From contig NC_043011.1 in NCBI RefSeq assembly GCF_006345805.1, positions 29,338,464-29,402,463 of the forward strand: a DNA stretch of 64,000 bases. The letters are read 5' to 3'. Origin of the DNA: Octopus sinensis (Eukaryota). Both the position numbers and the translations under genes were made by a program. Positions 24,921 through 38,646 of the stretch are shown here, in pieces. A model generated the notes under the pieces. The model saw only the letters and a program-made list of their open reading frames with translations. It ran no database searches and was not told the origin of the DNA. Position 1 is the stretch's first letter, and each line of letters begins with the position of its first letter.

Positions 24921-25890
24921 TTTCAATACATAATAATAGCCAGTGTTCACATGAGTGTTACCTGAGGTAACTACCTGGATTCCTGCAGGTCTTGATCACT
25001 TACTATATATAAATACAAACACTAACCTCCCTCAGTGGACTTCTGATCAATTGCCATCTACCAAATTTGACTTACAGAGCATTGGTATCAATCTGAGATT
25101 ATTGTATGAGAAACTTGACCAAGATGTCAAGCAGTGGGATCAGACTTGAACTTATGTGGTTGCAAAGCAAGTTATTTTAACTACCCATCTATGTTGTATG
25201 TTTTTAGAGAGATTTAGTTGTTATTTCTAGTGGGTCGAGTGATCACACAGAGGCTCTCACATTGGCTCAGTTTTGCCTCTGATTTAATTTTTTTTATTCC
25301 TGAAGGTATCGACTTAAGGATGCTGAAACTGCACACCTCTGCATCAGTAATAATCTTCTTCCTTGGTAGCGGCGGCGTTGTCATCATCGTTGTCGTCATT
25401 ATCACCACCATCATCACCATTGTTACGTCCACTTTTCCATGCTTCGGTAATTCAAATGAACTTCATTAAGGCAAATTTTCCATAGTTGAATGCCTTTCCT
25501 GTCACCAACCCTCTCCTGTTTCCTGGTAAATTAATAATCCTCTCGTCTGATAAACTCTGAATAGCCTGGACAAGCTTACATGCCTTTTGTATTTACAAAG
25601 ATTGCATGACATGTCAAGACATGTCAAGGAGCTCAGGAATACTTTCATGGTTGACTGCAAACATACAGCATTACATATATTTGACAGCAAGTCTATTGTT
25701 ATGTTTCCTGTCAGCAAACACACATAAGACATGGAGAAAATATGATATTACTCACACAAACACATGCACATATGTATATATAAGACATTTCTTTAGTTTC
25801 TATCAACCAATCTTATTCACAAGCTATACGTCAATCTGTGGTTATAGTATAAACATTAGTGAGCAATATTCATGAAGGTGGGGGTGCTGA

Positions 25891-26232
25891 GTGAAGGTGC
25901 ATGGCTTCAGTGTTTAGAGCGTCAGGCTCACAATTATGAGGTAGTGAGTTCAATTCCTGGACCAGGTTGTGTATTATCTTCTTGAGCAAGACACTTTATT
26001 TCACGGTGCTCTTGTTTACACAGCTGTAAAAATGAGTTGCAATGTCACTGGTGCCAAGCTGTATCAGCCTTTGTCTTTCCCTTGGATAACATCAGTGGCA
26101 CAGAGAGGGGAGGCTGGTATTCATGGGTGATTTCTGGTCTTTCATAAACAATCTTGCCTGGACAATCTTGTCTTGGAGGGGAACTTTTGAGATATAATCC
26201 CATGGTCATTCATGACTGAAGAGAGTCTTTAA
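25891..26232 (+). mobile_element. tRNA-derived SINE, family D
   Basis: GTGAAGGTGCATGGCTTCAGTGTTTAGAGC...GAGTTCAATTCC head; related copies at 26860-27140 and 59867-60140. Confidence 0.7.
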
Positions 26233-26702
26233 GGAGGTGCTGAATCCCCTAAGCATGTGGTCCCAAAGTATACTTTTAAACCCCACAGTCATAGAATTTG
26301 TAACGACATGTATACTGCTAGAAATAGCAACCAATTGTTCTCCAAATAACACTGATATTGATTTTAAAAACAGAAGATTCACAGGATAATGTAATCCTAC
26401 AGACATTAATTCTGAAGAAAAAAATGATCTGAAAACTGTAACAATCATGGTTAAAAAGTGAAAGAGGAGTTATATAATGCTAATTGTTTGTAGTCAGATG
26501 ATATGTTCGTAGTTGGAATGTTCTTGCTTAAAGTTAGATCTCCTTGGGCAGGGCTGGCCTGTGTCCGACAACAATCAAAATTTTAATATATAATGAATAA
26601 ATGAAGTAAAATATTAAATGGAAATAAAAATATGAAGTTCAAGGGCCGAGTCCCGTGTGATGAAGTTTAACACCTAATCCATGAGAATGCAGAGATTAGA
26701 TC

Positions 26703-26855
26703 CTGTTTACTAGAAGATAACCATAGAAGATACAGGGATTAAAAACTGTTTGTTAGAGGATAACCACTTGATCCATGTGATTATGTGTTATACAAGGATT
26801 AAAACTGTTTACTAGTGGATAGACACCCGATCCATGGGATTTTATTCATTATACC
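26703..26855 (+). repeat. Degenerate tandem repeat (3 units of about 45-57 bp)
   Basis: CTGTTTRYTAGWRGATA recurs near 26703, 26747 and 26804. Confidence 0.6.
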
Positions 26856-27158
26856 TTTTGGTTGTGTATGGTTAAAACGTTGGCTTCACAACCAAGAAAT
26901 CCTGGGGTGATTTCAGGTTCAATCCCACAGCAGGGTATCTTGAGAATGTGTCTTTTATGGTTGCATCAGGTTGATCCTAGGCTTGTAAATGAAATTGGAT
27001 AGGCAATAGCTATGCTGGCATTCATCATATGAATAGTATTTGTAACTCAAAAGTATGGCCTTGTCATACACACTACGTCATGCTGATTCTGCCTTAGGAT
27101 TATGTTAACTGTGCATGTGTCTATGCAGCCCTTGTTGCAGAGAGGTGTGCCAGTAGAG

Positions 27159-27492
27159 CAGGGGTTCTCACCCACTTTTTTTTTATCAACGAACTCCTTT
27201 GATTACTATTTTATTCCAGTGGAGCCCCTCAGCCATTTGATGTTTAAAAACTAGTTTAATAGAAACATCTTTCAAAATTCCTATTTTGCTTTTCACATCT
27301 TAACGTATGTAGGTTGAACTATGTAAAATGTTTGAGAAAGAAACTTAGCTGCTTCTTGCAATAAGTACTAATACATACATCTAAAGCAAAATTTTTACAG
27401 AGGCCCTTAAAATTCTATTGTGGATCCCTTATTTACTATTTTTTTACATGGACCCCTAAAAATTTTATATGGATCCCAGTTGGGAACCACTA
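27159..27492 (+). mobile_element. hAT (Charlie-like) MITE
   Basis: Termini CAGGGGTTCTCA...TGGGAACCACTA; 8-bp TSD CAGTAGAG/TAGTAGAG. Confidence 0.8.
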
Positions 27493-29156
27493 TAGTAGAG
27501 CATAAGCTCCTGGTAGGGTCTCCCATGCTGGACAGGTCAAAGGATAGAGGCCAGACTTATATGGACTAAGTCTTTCCAGGAGGAAAAAATGGGTTTGTGT
27601 TGGACCAACGTCCCTACCTAAAAAAACAAAAAACAAAAAGAAAAGTTAGAGAAGCATCAATGATAGTTCTAAATCAATAAGACTTGGGAGGGGTAGGCCT
27701 TCACCCAGTGGGACATATGAGGTGGAAAACATATGGGGTAAAGCTGAAAAAGCAGGGATCCATTTGGAAAGGAGCAGAAAAGACATCTCAGAGTCAAGAG
27801 CAGTGAAGAAAAATCATAGGTGGCCAATGCTTCTAAGGGAATGAAAAGCTTTAAATAAGTAAGAATGTACATGTGTCTGTGGTGTACTCAGTTACTTTGA
27901 GGCTAATTTAATGAACAGGTAGATTCACTTTTTGAACAAAAAAATACTCAAAATCAAAGCTAGGAGACACCCATTTACTCTAACTACCTTATGGTAACAA
28001 AATAAATGATCTGATATTTATACTACATAAGTGGGACCCATGGAAATTCCACAGACCTGAAAGAAAGATTAATGAAAGCTATTTAAGAAAGGAGTTGGCC
28101 TTGTTATACATCTTTCTCTATTCTTCCTCATTTCTTTCTTCTCTACTCACATTCCTTCTCTCTCTCCCTCTTTCTCACTTTTACTGCACCTCTCACTCAC
28201 TCTACTTCCACTGCCACTCTCACTCACTTCACCTCCACCTCTCTAATTAACCAATGTATTACAGGTGAACGAACAAGCGGATTATTATACAGGTTATTTT
28301 GCTGTTAACCATTGATATCTAACCAGAGAGGCCAGTAAGGAAGGCTTTATGGCTGTCTAGAAATAGTGACAAAGTTTTCCTCGAATCTCATCTTTTATCT
28401 TTTACTTGTTTCAGTCATTGGACCATGGCCATGCTGGGGCACCAGCATAAATGTTCAGTCAACCAAATCAACCTCAGTATTTATATTCAAGTCTAGTATT
28501 TATTCTCTTTGTCTCTTTTGCCAAACTGCCATGTTACAGGGACGTAAACAAACCAATACTAGTTGTCAAGCATTGCAGGGGGTGGGAGATTGGTGCTGGG
28601 GGGGGTCTTGTAACGCAAACAGAATGATACACATGCATATGTGTGTGTGTGTGTAAGTATGTGTGTGTGTAAGTACTGGGGGAAATTTATTCAATCAAAA
28701 TCCTTCTAGACAGTACTCCAGTATGACCGCAGTCCGGTGACTGAAACAAGTCAAGAACAAAAGAAATGAAATCTTCCTCAAATTCCACCCATCCTACCCC
28801 ATCCCACCCCATCTAACATCTTCAATGAAAAGAACACATCCGTCAGTATAATCCAAGATACATAATCTGAAAACTTATAAAAAAAGCAACCCCCCCACCA
28901 AAAAAAAAATAAACAAACAAAAAGCAAAAAAAAACCCCCAAAAAAGACAAGACCTGATGGTCAAGGTTTGAGGCCCTTTGATCATAGCTCTACCTGATCG
29001 GAACAGAACAGAAGGTAATCAACCACACCAAACATCTACTCAACTGTACACACACCATCTGCTACCGACCCATCACTCTTAGATTATGTGATGGAAGCAA
29101 TTTAGCAGCAAGACCAATAGTCTATAGCATATACCCAATGGCCATTAACTACTTAC

Positions 29157-29213
29157 ATGTCAAGAGGTCATTGTTTGCTTGCCATGGGAGTTGGCTATCT
29201 TTTCTTATTTTCT
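29157..29213 (-). CDS. Candidate 57-nt symmetric phase-1 exon (KIRKDSQLPWQANNDLLT)
   Basis: Acceptor TTTTATGATTTTCAG, donor GTAAGT, only one open frame; no homology recognised. Confidence 0.3.
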
Positions 29214-29319
29214 CTGAAAATCATAAAAGTATATAACAAAATTACTCCTCACCACTAACCTCTGTGTGTCCCTCCATCTTCAGTTTTCATATACAATATT
29301 CATTGTTTGATTTTCCCCT

Positions 29320-29725
29320 TTATCTCTTTCTGTCTGTCTGTCTGTCTCTCTCTGACTCTCTTTTCCTCTCTCTCCCTCTGACTCTCTTTCTCTCTCTCAC
29401 TCACTCTCTTTCTCTCTCCCCCTCTGATTCTCTTTCTCTCTCTCTGACTCTTTCTCCCTCTCTGACTCTCTTTCTATTCTTCTCTACCTCTATCTGTCTC
29501 CCTCTCTCTTTCTCCCCTCTCTCTCTTTCTCCTGCTCTCTCTCCCTCCCTCTGACTCTCTTTCTCTCTCTCACTCACTCTCTTTCTCTCTCCCCCTCTGA
29601 CTATCTTCCTCTCTCTCTCTGACTCTTTCTTTCTCCCTCTTTGATTCTCTTTCTATCCCTCTCTACCTCTCTCTGTCTCCCTATTTCCTCTCCTCTTTCT
29701 CCCTCCCTCCCTCCCTCTCTTCCTC
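29320..29725 (+). repeat. Polypyrimidine (CT-rich) tract with internal duplication
   Basis: CTCTCTCTCACTCACTCTCTTTCTCTCTCCCCCTCTGA occurs twice about 175 bp apart. Confidence 0.85.
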
Positions 29726-30600
29726 TTCGTAGCTTCATTCAACTCCTTGATTCATTATTTCAACTGTTCACCACCACTTTGTTCATCTGAAGCTCAATGA
29801 CTCCCTTATGAATTGCAATACACATCATTTACAGAGCATCAATTATCCTGTTTTTCCACGGAAATCTATTTGCTGTAGAAATATCCTATTTAGCACTGCT
29901 GCTGCTGCTGCTTCTGTTTTCTTAAAATTATTATTGTTGTTGATGATGTGGCAATGGTTACAGATATAATAAAAATTGCTTAGCTTTATAGGGTGTTCCC
30001 TGAACAAAGAAAACGAAAGAATAATGATGCTGTCAAACTATTTGATATGTTCACTATGTTTTATTGTTTCCTACATAATCAAACAAAACTAAAAGAAAAA
30101 AATTATAAAATTCTTCATTTTTTTTTAAAAAATTTTGTTTCTCTTTTGCTAACTAGGTTGGACTGATCTTCAAATTTAAGACTTAAGCATTCAATTAAAT
30201 TTGTGTAACTACATATTTAACTGTATGTACACAGTGTCAATTTGTTTAGACAGTTAATATTTTTGCACTTAAAATGTCTTCTTATTCTAGGAGAGAAAAT
30301 AAAAATAAAAACTGTTTTTTTTTAGATTTTTGTTTCTATTTTTTTCCCATTAATCCCACAACTGCAATTAGAGTAGCTGAAGAAAATTGAAAGAATATAT
30401 TTGTGATGAATGACATAGAACTGAATCCAGTGTTGTTGGCATAAAAGAACCAATTAAAAATTGGTATTTCTAACACAGGTGTGAGTAAGGTGGGGGAAGG
30501 AATGAGATGGTTAAGCATCACTGTGGGGATGCTGGTAATTTGACATGGCTGATGAGACATTGAACTTGTTTTGGTGACAGTATTACATGGCGCTGGAGGT

Positions 30601-30643
<43 letters not shown>

Positions 30644-30683
30644 CACAGAGGTGACAGAAATATAGATATGCAGATAGATAGAC

Positions 30684-30738
<55 letters not shown>

Positions 30739-30810
30739 TGTAATGAGAGAGAATAAATTCAATTTACATAAACACTTTCTGCAAAAGTAAAGATTATATA
30801 CACCCAGTGT

Positions 30811-30921
30811 TTAGGGTTAGGGGGAAGGTTAGGGTTTAGGGATAAGGATTAGGGTTAGGGTTAGAGTTAGGGTTTAGGGTTAGGATTAGGGTTAGGGTTT
30901 AGAATTAGGATTAGAGTTAGG
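30811..30921 (+). repeat. Degenerate interstitial telomere-like (TTAGGG)n tract
   Basis: Multiple TTAGGG, TTAGGA, TTAGAG and TTTAGGG units over 110 bp. Confidence 0.85.
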
Positions 30922-31889
30922 CACTGGCACTGACCACACTTGAATGGTGCTTTTTACGTGCCACCAGCATGGGGGCCAATCAGGCAGTACTGTCATTGGC
31001 CACGACAATGACCTCATTTGACTTAACAGGTCTTGGCAAGTGCAGTTTATGGCCCAATGACTGAAGGATACTCTTAAATGGGCTGGTTATGCTGATAAAT
31101 TAACCATTATGGTATTCTAGTATGCTGACCACTGATAAATCATTAAATAATGACTTTATCCTAATTATGTATAAAAATATATACATATACATACATACAT
31201 ACATACATATATGTGTGTATATATATGTATATATATATATATACATACGAAGCACTCATGGCAGTGCCATGTAAAAATGCATGTGTGGTGCCACGTAAAA
31301 GCACACATGGGACACCACGTAATAGCGTCCATGTGACACCATGTAAAAGTGCCTGTGAGACACCATGTAAGAGCATCCAGCACACTCTATAAAGTGGTTA
31401 GTGTTAGGAAGGGCATCCAACTATAAGAAACCAAGCCAAATCAGACTGGGGCCTGGTGCAGTTCCGCAGCTGCCAGCTCTGGCCAAACCGTCCAACCCAT
31501 GCTAGCATGAAAAACCGATGTTAAATGATGATGATGATGATGATACATATACATTACACATACACATACATATAGAGGGAGAGAAAATCAAGGGTTTATA
31601 ACTCAAACGATAGAATCCACTCAGTAAAAGTCTTGGCAAGGTTATACTTCACTGAAGAGCTCCAATAAGGACCAAAGTGCGTCTGTGTGTGTGTGTGTGT
31701 GTGTGTTATCACCATGTTTACTAAAGATCTGCAACTACTTGTTTATATTTAATGTTTAATTAAATTTTTATCAAACTCAAATTTCGGAATTGAATCTTCT
31801 GCTTTCTTTGACCAGAATTAATCATGAAAAATATGTCTCAGTGGATTTTCTCTGACCCATACAGACATAAAATTAAAAAAATAAACGTT

Positions 31890-32195
31890 TAAAGATGATG
31901 CCAGCAGCAGTGGTAGCAGTTGCAGTAAAAGTAACAGTGAACAAGATGATGATGATGATGATGATCATTATGCTGGCAATGATGATGATGACAATAATGA
32001 TAATGATGATGATGATAATAATGACACTGGTGATGATAATGATGATGGTGATGAAGAAGAAGAAGAAGGAGAAGAAGAAGAAGAAGATGATGATGATGAT
32101 GATGATGATAATGATGATGATCATGATGATGATGATGATGTTGATGATGATGATGATGATGAGGAGGAGGAGGAGGAGGATGAGGATGATGATGG

Positions 32196-32253
<58 letters not shown>

Positions 32254-32270
32254 GGTAAAGCATCAATAGT
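31890..32270 (+). repeat. Compound trinucleotide microsatellite (GAT/GAA/GAG)n
   Basis: Direct reading. Confidence 0.95.
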
Positions 32271-33742
32271 GACTAAAGTAAGCAAAGTCACGAGTATCGC
32301 TTTTGGTTACAAAGTGAAACAAAGACAAATAATTTACAAATCTGCAGATATTTTCCAGATTAGTTATCTCTGAGAGTCATCAGCATTGATTAGAATAATT
32401 TAACAAATTTATGCTGTCTTTTTTTTTACTATTTGCATTTTTTTTATCCATCTTCTATCTCCATCCATACCATTCTACCCCTGCCAAATAAAAAAAAAAT
32501 GGTAATAATAATAAAAAAAAAAACTTCATACAACTCTAATTCTAGTGAGTGTTTATATAACTGCCAGGCTTAGAATAAATACAAAAGCAACAAGAATAAC
32601 AACAAAAACAACATAAAAAAACAATCAACTATAATTTTAAACGTTCTCTGATCATTCTCTAGTGATTTTAATAATTTTACATAATAGCACTATCCATCTT
32701 GCTTGAATTTACTGTCTTCTCTAAATATTGCGAAATCTCAACAGAAATTTTAGATTTAAGAAAACAGGTATCATATCTCTAAACTATTTCTGCTCTCACC
32801 TTTTAATCCCTATTGCAATGAATAAACAAAATGCTATTCATGGAAAAAAAGTGGGCAAAGATTAGCTGCTACAAAATGCCCATCAAGTGCTGTTCTGGTG
32901 TTGTTTTTACTGTTGACGTTGATGTTGGTGTTGTTGTTTTGCTTCAGGTTTGATGCAGAGGCTTAATCTCTGAAGCAACGTTTAATTCCACCGTCACCAG
33001 GCTCCTCACATGCCTTTAGGAGAGAGAAGTCAATTGGTAGAATTATTAGAGCATAGGACATATCTTTTATCATTTAACGTTTACTTGTTTCAGTCATTAG
33101 ACTGTGGCCATACAGGGGCACCACTTTTAGTTGAATTTTAGTTGAATAAATCAACCTCAGTGATATGAATATAGTCACACAGAAGCTCTGACAAAATGGA
33201 GTACAACTAGGACTGCATTATCTGATATTTCTTTCCTCTTTTAAGAAAGTAGGGTATGCTTAAACAAGGTTTGGTTCCTACTTCTAGCAAATTGAGTGCC
33301 TGTATAAGTAATCCTGCCTTTAAGGACAGTTTCATTTTGTATTGAACAGGGTTGTCTTTTATCTGTTAGCCAGGAAGGAAAACAGTCCTCATGACCCTTT
33401 ACGAGGCCTCTGAGTTTGGTGAGAGGAAGAGAAAAAGGTATCCTCAAACTCAATACCTGGCCTCGATGCTTGCAAAAGACTGGACCCTACTAAATACCTC
33501 CAAGGTACTAGGTGGTGGTGTTAAACTAGTTGAAAGATAAAGTCTAACACCCAAGTAAACCATGGTGGGATTTGAACTCTGAGCACAAAGAGCAGGAACA
33601 AGTACCACAAGGCATCTGATCTTAAAGTTCTGCCTGTTACTTAATTCCATTTGTTCTTTTTCCAGACTGCTAAGTAATGGAAATGTAAACAAACCAACAT
33701 TGATTGTCAAATAGTGATGTGGAAAGCAAACACAGACAGAAA

Positions 33743-33787
<45 letters not shown>

Positions 33788-34114
33788 CATTCGATGGGCT
33801 TCCACACAGTTATTGGCTATCAAATTCACTCACATGATATTGAGTGGCCTGGAGGTATTATAGAACGAATGGGCCCAAGGTATCATGCAGTGGGATTGAA
33901 CCTAAAACCACATGGTTACAAAGCAGGCTTCTTAATCTATGCCTATATTGGTTTGCATGCCAACAACATGCTTTTAAGTTCAGTCCTAGAGGGCGGCAAC
34001 TTTGGCAAATTGCTTCTGTTATAACCCTAGGCTATCATAAAAGCATGGATTTGATAAAAAAAAGCTAAATGAAATTCATTGTGTATATGTATATATATAT
34101 ATGTATATATATAG

Positions 34115-34178
<64 letters not shown>

Positions 34179-34207
34179 ATTATATATATATATATATGTA
34201 TAAATAT

Positions 34208-34248
<41 letters not shown>

Positions 34249-34251
<3 letters not shown>

Positions 34252-34341
34252 ATTTGATTTGATTTTTCCAGTTCAGCTAATGAGCTGTGGCCATGCTGGG
34301 GCACCGCCATTTATATATATATATATATATACATATATACA

Positions 34342-34401
<60 letters not shown>

Positions 34402-34426
34402 TGTATATATATATACATATATGTAT

Positions 34427-34470
<44 letters not shown>

Positions 34471-34529
34471 GGCGGTGCCCCAGCATCCACAGCTCATTAG
34501 CTGAAACTGGAAAAATAATCAAATCAAAT
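34249..34529. repeat. Two inverted about 60-bp CR1-type 3' tails flanking a (TA)n tract
   Basis: 34249-34311 is approximately the reverse complement of 34468-34529 (ATGGCGGTGCCCCAGCAT...CAGCTCATTAGCTGAA...AATCAAATCAA). Confidence 0.85.
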
Positions 34530-34577
34530 ATATATATATTATTATATATATATATATATATATATATCTATATATAG

Positions 34578-34689
<112 letters not shown>

Positions 34690-34903
34690 CACACACACAC
34701 ACACATGTATATATATGTATAGGCACAGACGTTACTGTATGGTAAGAAGCTTGCTTCATAACCACATGGTTCTGGGTTCAGTCCAACTGTGTGACAACTT
34801 GTGCTTGGGAAAGTATCCTCTATAGCCTCGGGCAGACCAAAGCCTTGTGAGTGGATTTGGTAGATAGAAACTGAAAGAAACCTGCTGTGTGCGTGTTGTG
34901 TGT

Positions 34904-34945
<42 letters not shown>

Positions 34946-35377
34946 TATTGTGGTGTATATATGTGTGTGCGTGTTCTAGTCTTGTCACAGCATGGTGATT
35001 GTAAATGAGTGTCACTGTCATACAAGCAGTGTCATCCATTTCCAATAATCTGCAAAAATATGTCTGGCCATGTGGAAACATTACTTTGCTTGGAAACAGA
35101 AAAGAGTTGGCAACAGGAAAAGCACCATCCAGGCATAGAAAAATCTGTCTCGGATAATTCTGTCTGACCCATGCAAGTACAGAAAAGTGGAAATTGAAAA
35201 GACGACAATGATGATGATGATGATGAAGCAATGGGGATAAATAATCATACTTCAAGAGCATGGAAGCAAATTTGATTTTTTTCTATTATATCTTTCATCA
35301 CAATCTTGTCTCAAGTTGACCAAAATTTACACATTTAAAATGCAGAGAACCAGCTATTTTCTTTCCATATATATATA

Positions 35378-35418
<41 letters not shown>

Positions 35419-35698
35419 TATATATAATATATATATAAATATATATTTATATCTTTGATTATTTGCCATTATACATATATTTGTCTACCTCTAAGTACTT
35501 TAGTTTTTGTGAAATGTGCAAGATTTCCGACAATTCCAATGAATACAAAACTCAAGTGGGAAGTGGCCAGCCAACGGCTCTGATTCCAAAATCAATAATC
35601 TTCCTCTTTCTCTCACTCTTTCTCTCATATATATATATATACATATATACAAATGTGTATATATACATATATATACACATACATATACATATATATAA

Positions 35699-35729
<31 letters not shown>

Positions 35730-35923
35730 TACATATATATGTGCATATATATATATATGCATATAAATATATATATATGAATATACATATATACACATAC
35801 ATATATGTATATATACATATATGCATATGTATATATCAACTTTTTGAAAGGTCCAAAATATCTATATCTATATATGTGTGTGTGTATGTGTGTGTGTGTA
35901 AATATATATATACATACATATAA

Positions 35924-35967
<44 letters not shown>

Positions 35968-36923
35968 ATATTATATAATTATATATGTGCATTAATATTT
36001 TCTCATATTGATAAGTTTTGCACGTGTTTGTGCATGAGTGTGCTAATTTTGTGTGTGTGTGTTTGTGCGTGTGTGAGTGTGTGTGTGTGTGTGTGTGCAT
36101 ATGCTTTCAACTAATTCTATCCTATTTGTTTTAGAATATTGGTTTGCCAAACAAAACAATATTGAGTTTGCATATTTATTTAGTATTTATATATTTCTAA
36201 CATCAACTGTGTAAAAGACACACATGCATGCACACACAGTTACAGGCATAGATGTGTGGTTAAGAATACAGTTGTAAAGTATGTGGTTTGGCATTCAAGT
36301 TCTCGGTATAGCACCTTGGGTGAGTGTCTTCTTCTATAGTCCTGGGTCATCTAAAGACTTATGAGTGGATTTGGTTAACAAAAACTGAAAGAAGCTTGTC
36401 ATATATATGTATTACACATATATCACCACCACCACTGGCCTTGTCACACTCGGTGTCATACTGAATCTCCTTGAGAATGACATTAAGGGGACATGTGTCT
36501 GAGGAGTGCTCAGCCACATGCATGATAATTTCATGAGCATGTTGTTCCAATGATCAAATCAAGTGGAACCTTTTTCGTAACTGAGAGAGTGCCAGTTTAT
36601 ATATAATTATAATTACTATAGTTATAATTTTTCTTACATATTTGTATTGTCCTTTGAAATGCGCATATGTATCGAATACTGTTTTGTATTAAATCTAATT
36701 TTGATTCAACATCTTTTTTCTCCTCCATTTTTCTATAATTGCTTATGGTATTTTTATAGATATAACAATATTTTTCTACTACTATTTTCGTATTCTTATT
36801 ACTTACTCTTGTTGATTTTATATGAATATGATGAATCTTTATTAGAAATCATTCTTTTCGCTCTTTTTGGACCTCTCAAAAAGTTTGAATTGTTCTTTTT
36901 TGAACTTAATTTTTCTCATAATA

Positions 36924-36968
<45 letters not shown>

Positions 36969-37134
36969 CATATACATATATATATACATACATATATATA
37001 TATATACATATATATATATCTGTATATACATACATATACATACATGCATACATACATACATACATACATACATACATACATACATACATACACATATATA
37101 TATATATACACACACATATATATATATATATGTA

Positions 37135-38034
37135 CACGGAACCTGATCAATAAGTATCTGGATTGTTGCCATAGAAATGAAGCTAAAGTACGCAGAGTGA
37201 GGCCTCTCAGCAAAAATTGACCTTAATTCTGCTGTGCATGCGAATTAAGGTTTAGCGGTCTAGCCCACTTCCACTGTTTGCAGCAGTGCTTGGAAGGAAG
37301 GTGTGTAGCGTTTGATCATCACATTGACCAAGACAGAAAATGTTGTCATGGCAATACCTGCTCAGCGGCCTGTGCAAAGTTGCAGAAAGTGTACAGAGAG
37401 GAGTGTATGAGCTGCTCACAAGTGTACAAATGGTTCAGATGTTTTGAAGATAGCTGAAAAAAATGTTGATATTGACGAATGTTCTAGGAGACCCACAACC
37501 AGCAGAACTGAGAAAAACTTTGCGATGAGCATGCAGCTGTGAGGAGAAATCAATGAATCACCATCTCTGAATTATCAGAGGATGTGAAGATTAGTTACAG
37601 TTCAGTTTAGTCCATTATTACTGAAGATTTGGGTATGAGACACATGTGTGCCAAGTTTGTGCCAAGTTTGTGTTAAAACTGCTTTCAGCTGACCAAAGAG
37701 AGACTCGTGTTTCAGTTGCACAAGATATCCTTGATTGTGTCGAGAATGATGAAAACTTGAAAACTGCGTATGCTTCTGAGCAGATATTGGCAAGCTTTTG
37801 GCAAAATATGATGCAGATTCTCTGCTCAACTTTCTCTGTCATGATAAATGTAATGATCACACTCTACACGCGTTCCTTCCAAGCACTGCTGTAAACAGTG
37901 CAAGTGAGCTAGAACGTTAAAACTTAGTGCACATGCACAGCAAAGTTTAAGGTCAATCTGTGCCAAGTGGTTTCACTCTGTGTGCTTTAGCTTTGTCTAT
38001 GGCAACACTCCAGATACTTATTGATCAGACCACA
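37135..38034. mobile_element. Mariner derivative made of two head-to-head left ends
   Basis: TIR CTGATCAATAAGTATCTGGA at both ends with TA flanks; plus strand carries decayed HTH (VYKWFR...RPTTS...LGMRH.CAKFV.KLL); minus strand at 37760-37850 carries the N-terminus MTEKVEQRICIIFCQKL. Confidence 0.85.
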
Positions 38035-38373
38035 TATATATATTTTTTTTTCTCTTTTTCGCCCTTTTCAAGCCTAGCCTGTCTCATGGGTCTGGTTTCC
38101 TGGTTTCTATGGCGTATGTGTTCCCCACCAGCTGGACAGGACACCAGTCCATCGCAGCATTATTCAAGAAACAGGAAGAGAGAGTGAGAGAAAGTTGTGG
38201 TGAAAGAGTACAACAGGGGTTGCTACCACTCCCTGCTGGAGCCTCGTGGAGCTTTTAGGTGTTTTCACTCAATAAAAACACACAACGCCCGGTCTGGGAA
38301 TCGAAACCGCGATCCTCCGACCATGAGTCCACTGCCCTAACCACTGGGCCATTGCACCTCACACATATATATA

Positions 38374-38462
38374 TATAAGTAAATAAATGGAGTTGAACAA
38401 AGATGTTATTAAAATTAAGAATTTTAATAACATCTTCGTTCAACTCCATTTATTTACTTATA
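38374..38462. repeat. 43-bp-arm hairpin with 3-nt loop at the start of a (TA)-flanked unit
   Basis: TATAAGTAAATAAATGGAGTTGAACAAAGATGTTATTAAAATT AAG followed by its reverse complement, one mismatch. Confidence 0.92.
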
Positions 38463-38613
38463 CCACACAAATAACTGCACATTAACCTGGAGTTTCTACC
38501 TTTGAATGGGTCGCTTCATCCGTGTTACTTGCATGAATTTTGCTACCCTGGTAACTGTTTATTGAATTTTCCAAGTTAACGGTAAACAAAAGGTAATTCA
38601 TTCATCCATTCAT

Positions 38614-38646
<33 letters not shown>

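Noticed and set aside
32340-32390. Minus-strand CTGATGA...GAAA motif
   Set aside because: Stems I and III do not pair and stem II is out of register; likely chance
32959-33050. Strong plus-strand acceptor with downstream donor-like site
   Set aside because: Stop codons in all three frames
36647-37153. 168-aa hydrophobic ORF
   Set aside because: AT-rich low-complexity sequence running into (TA)n; non-ATG start
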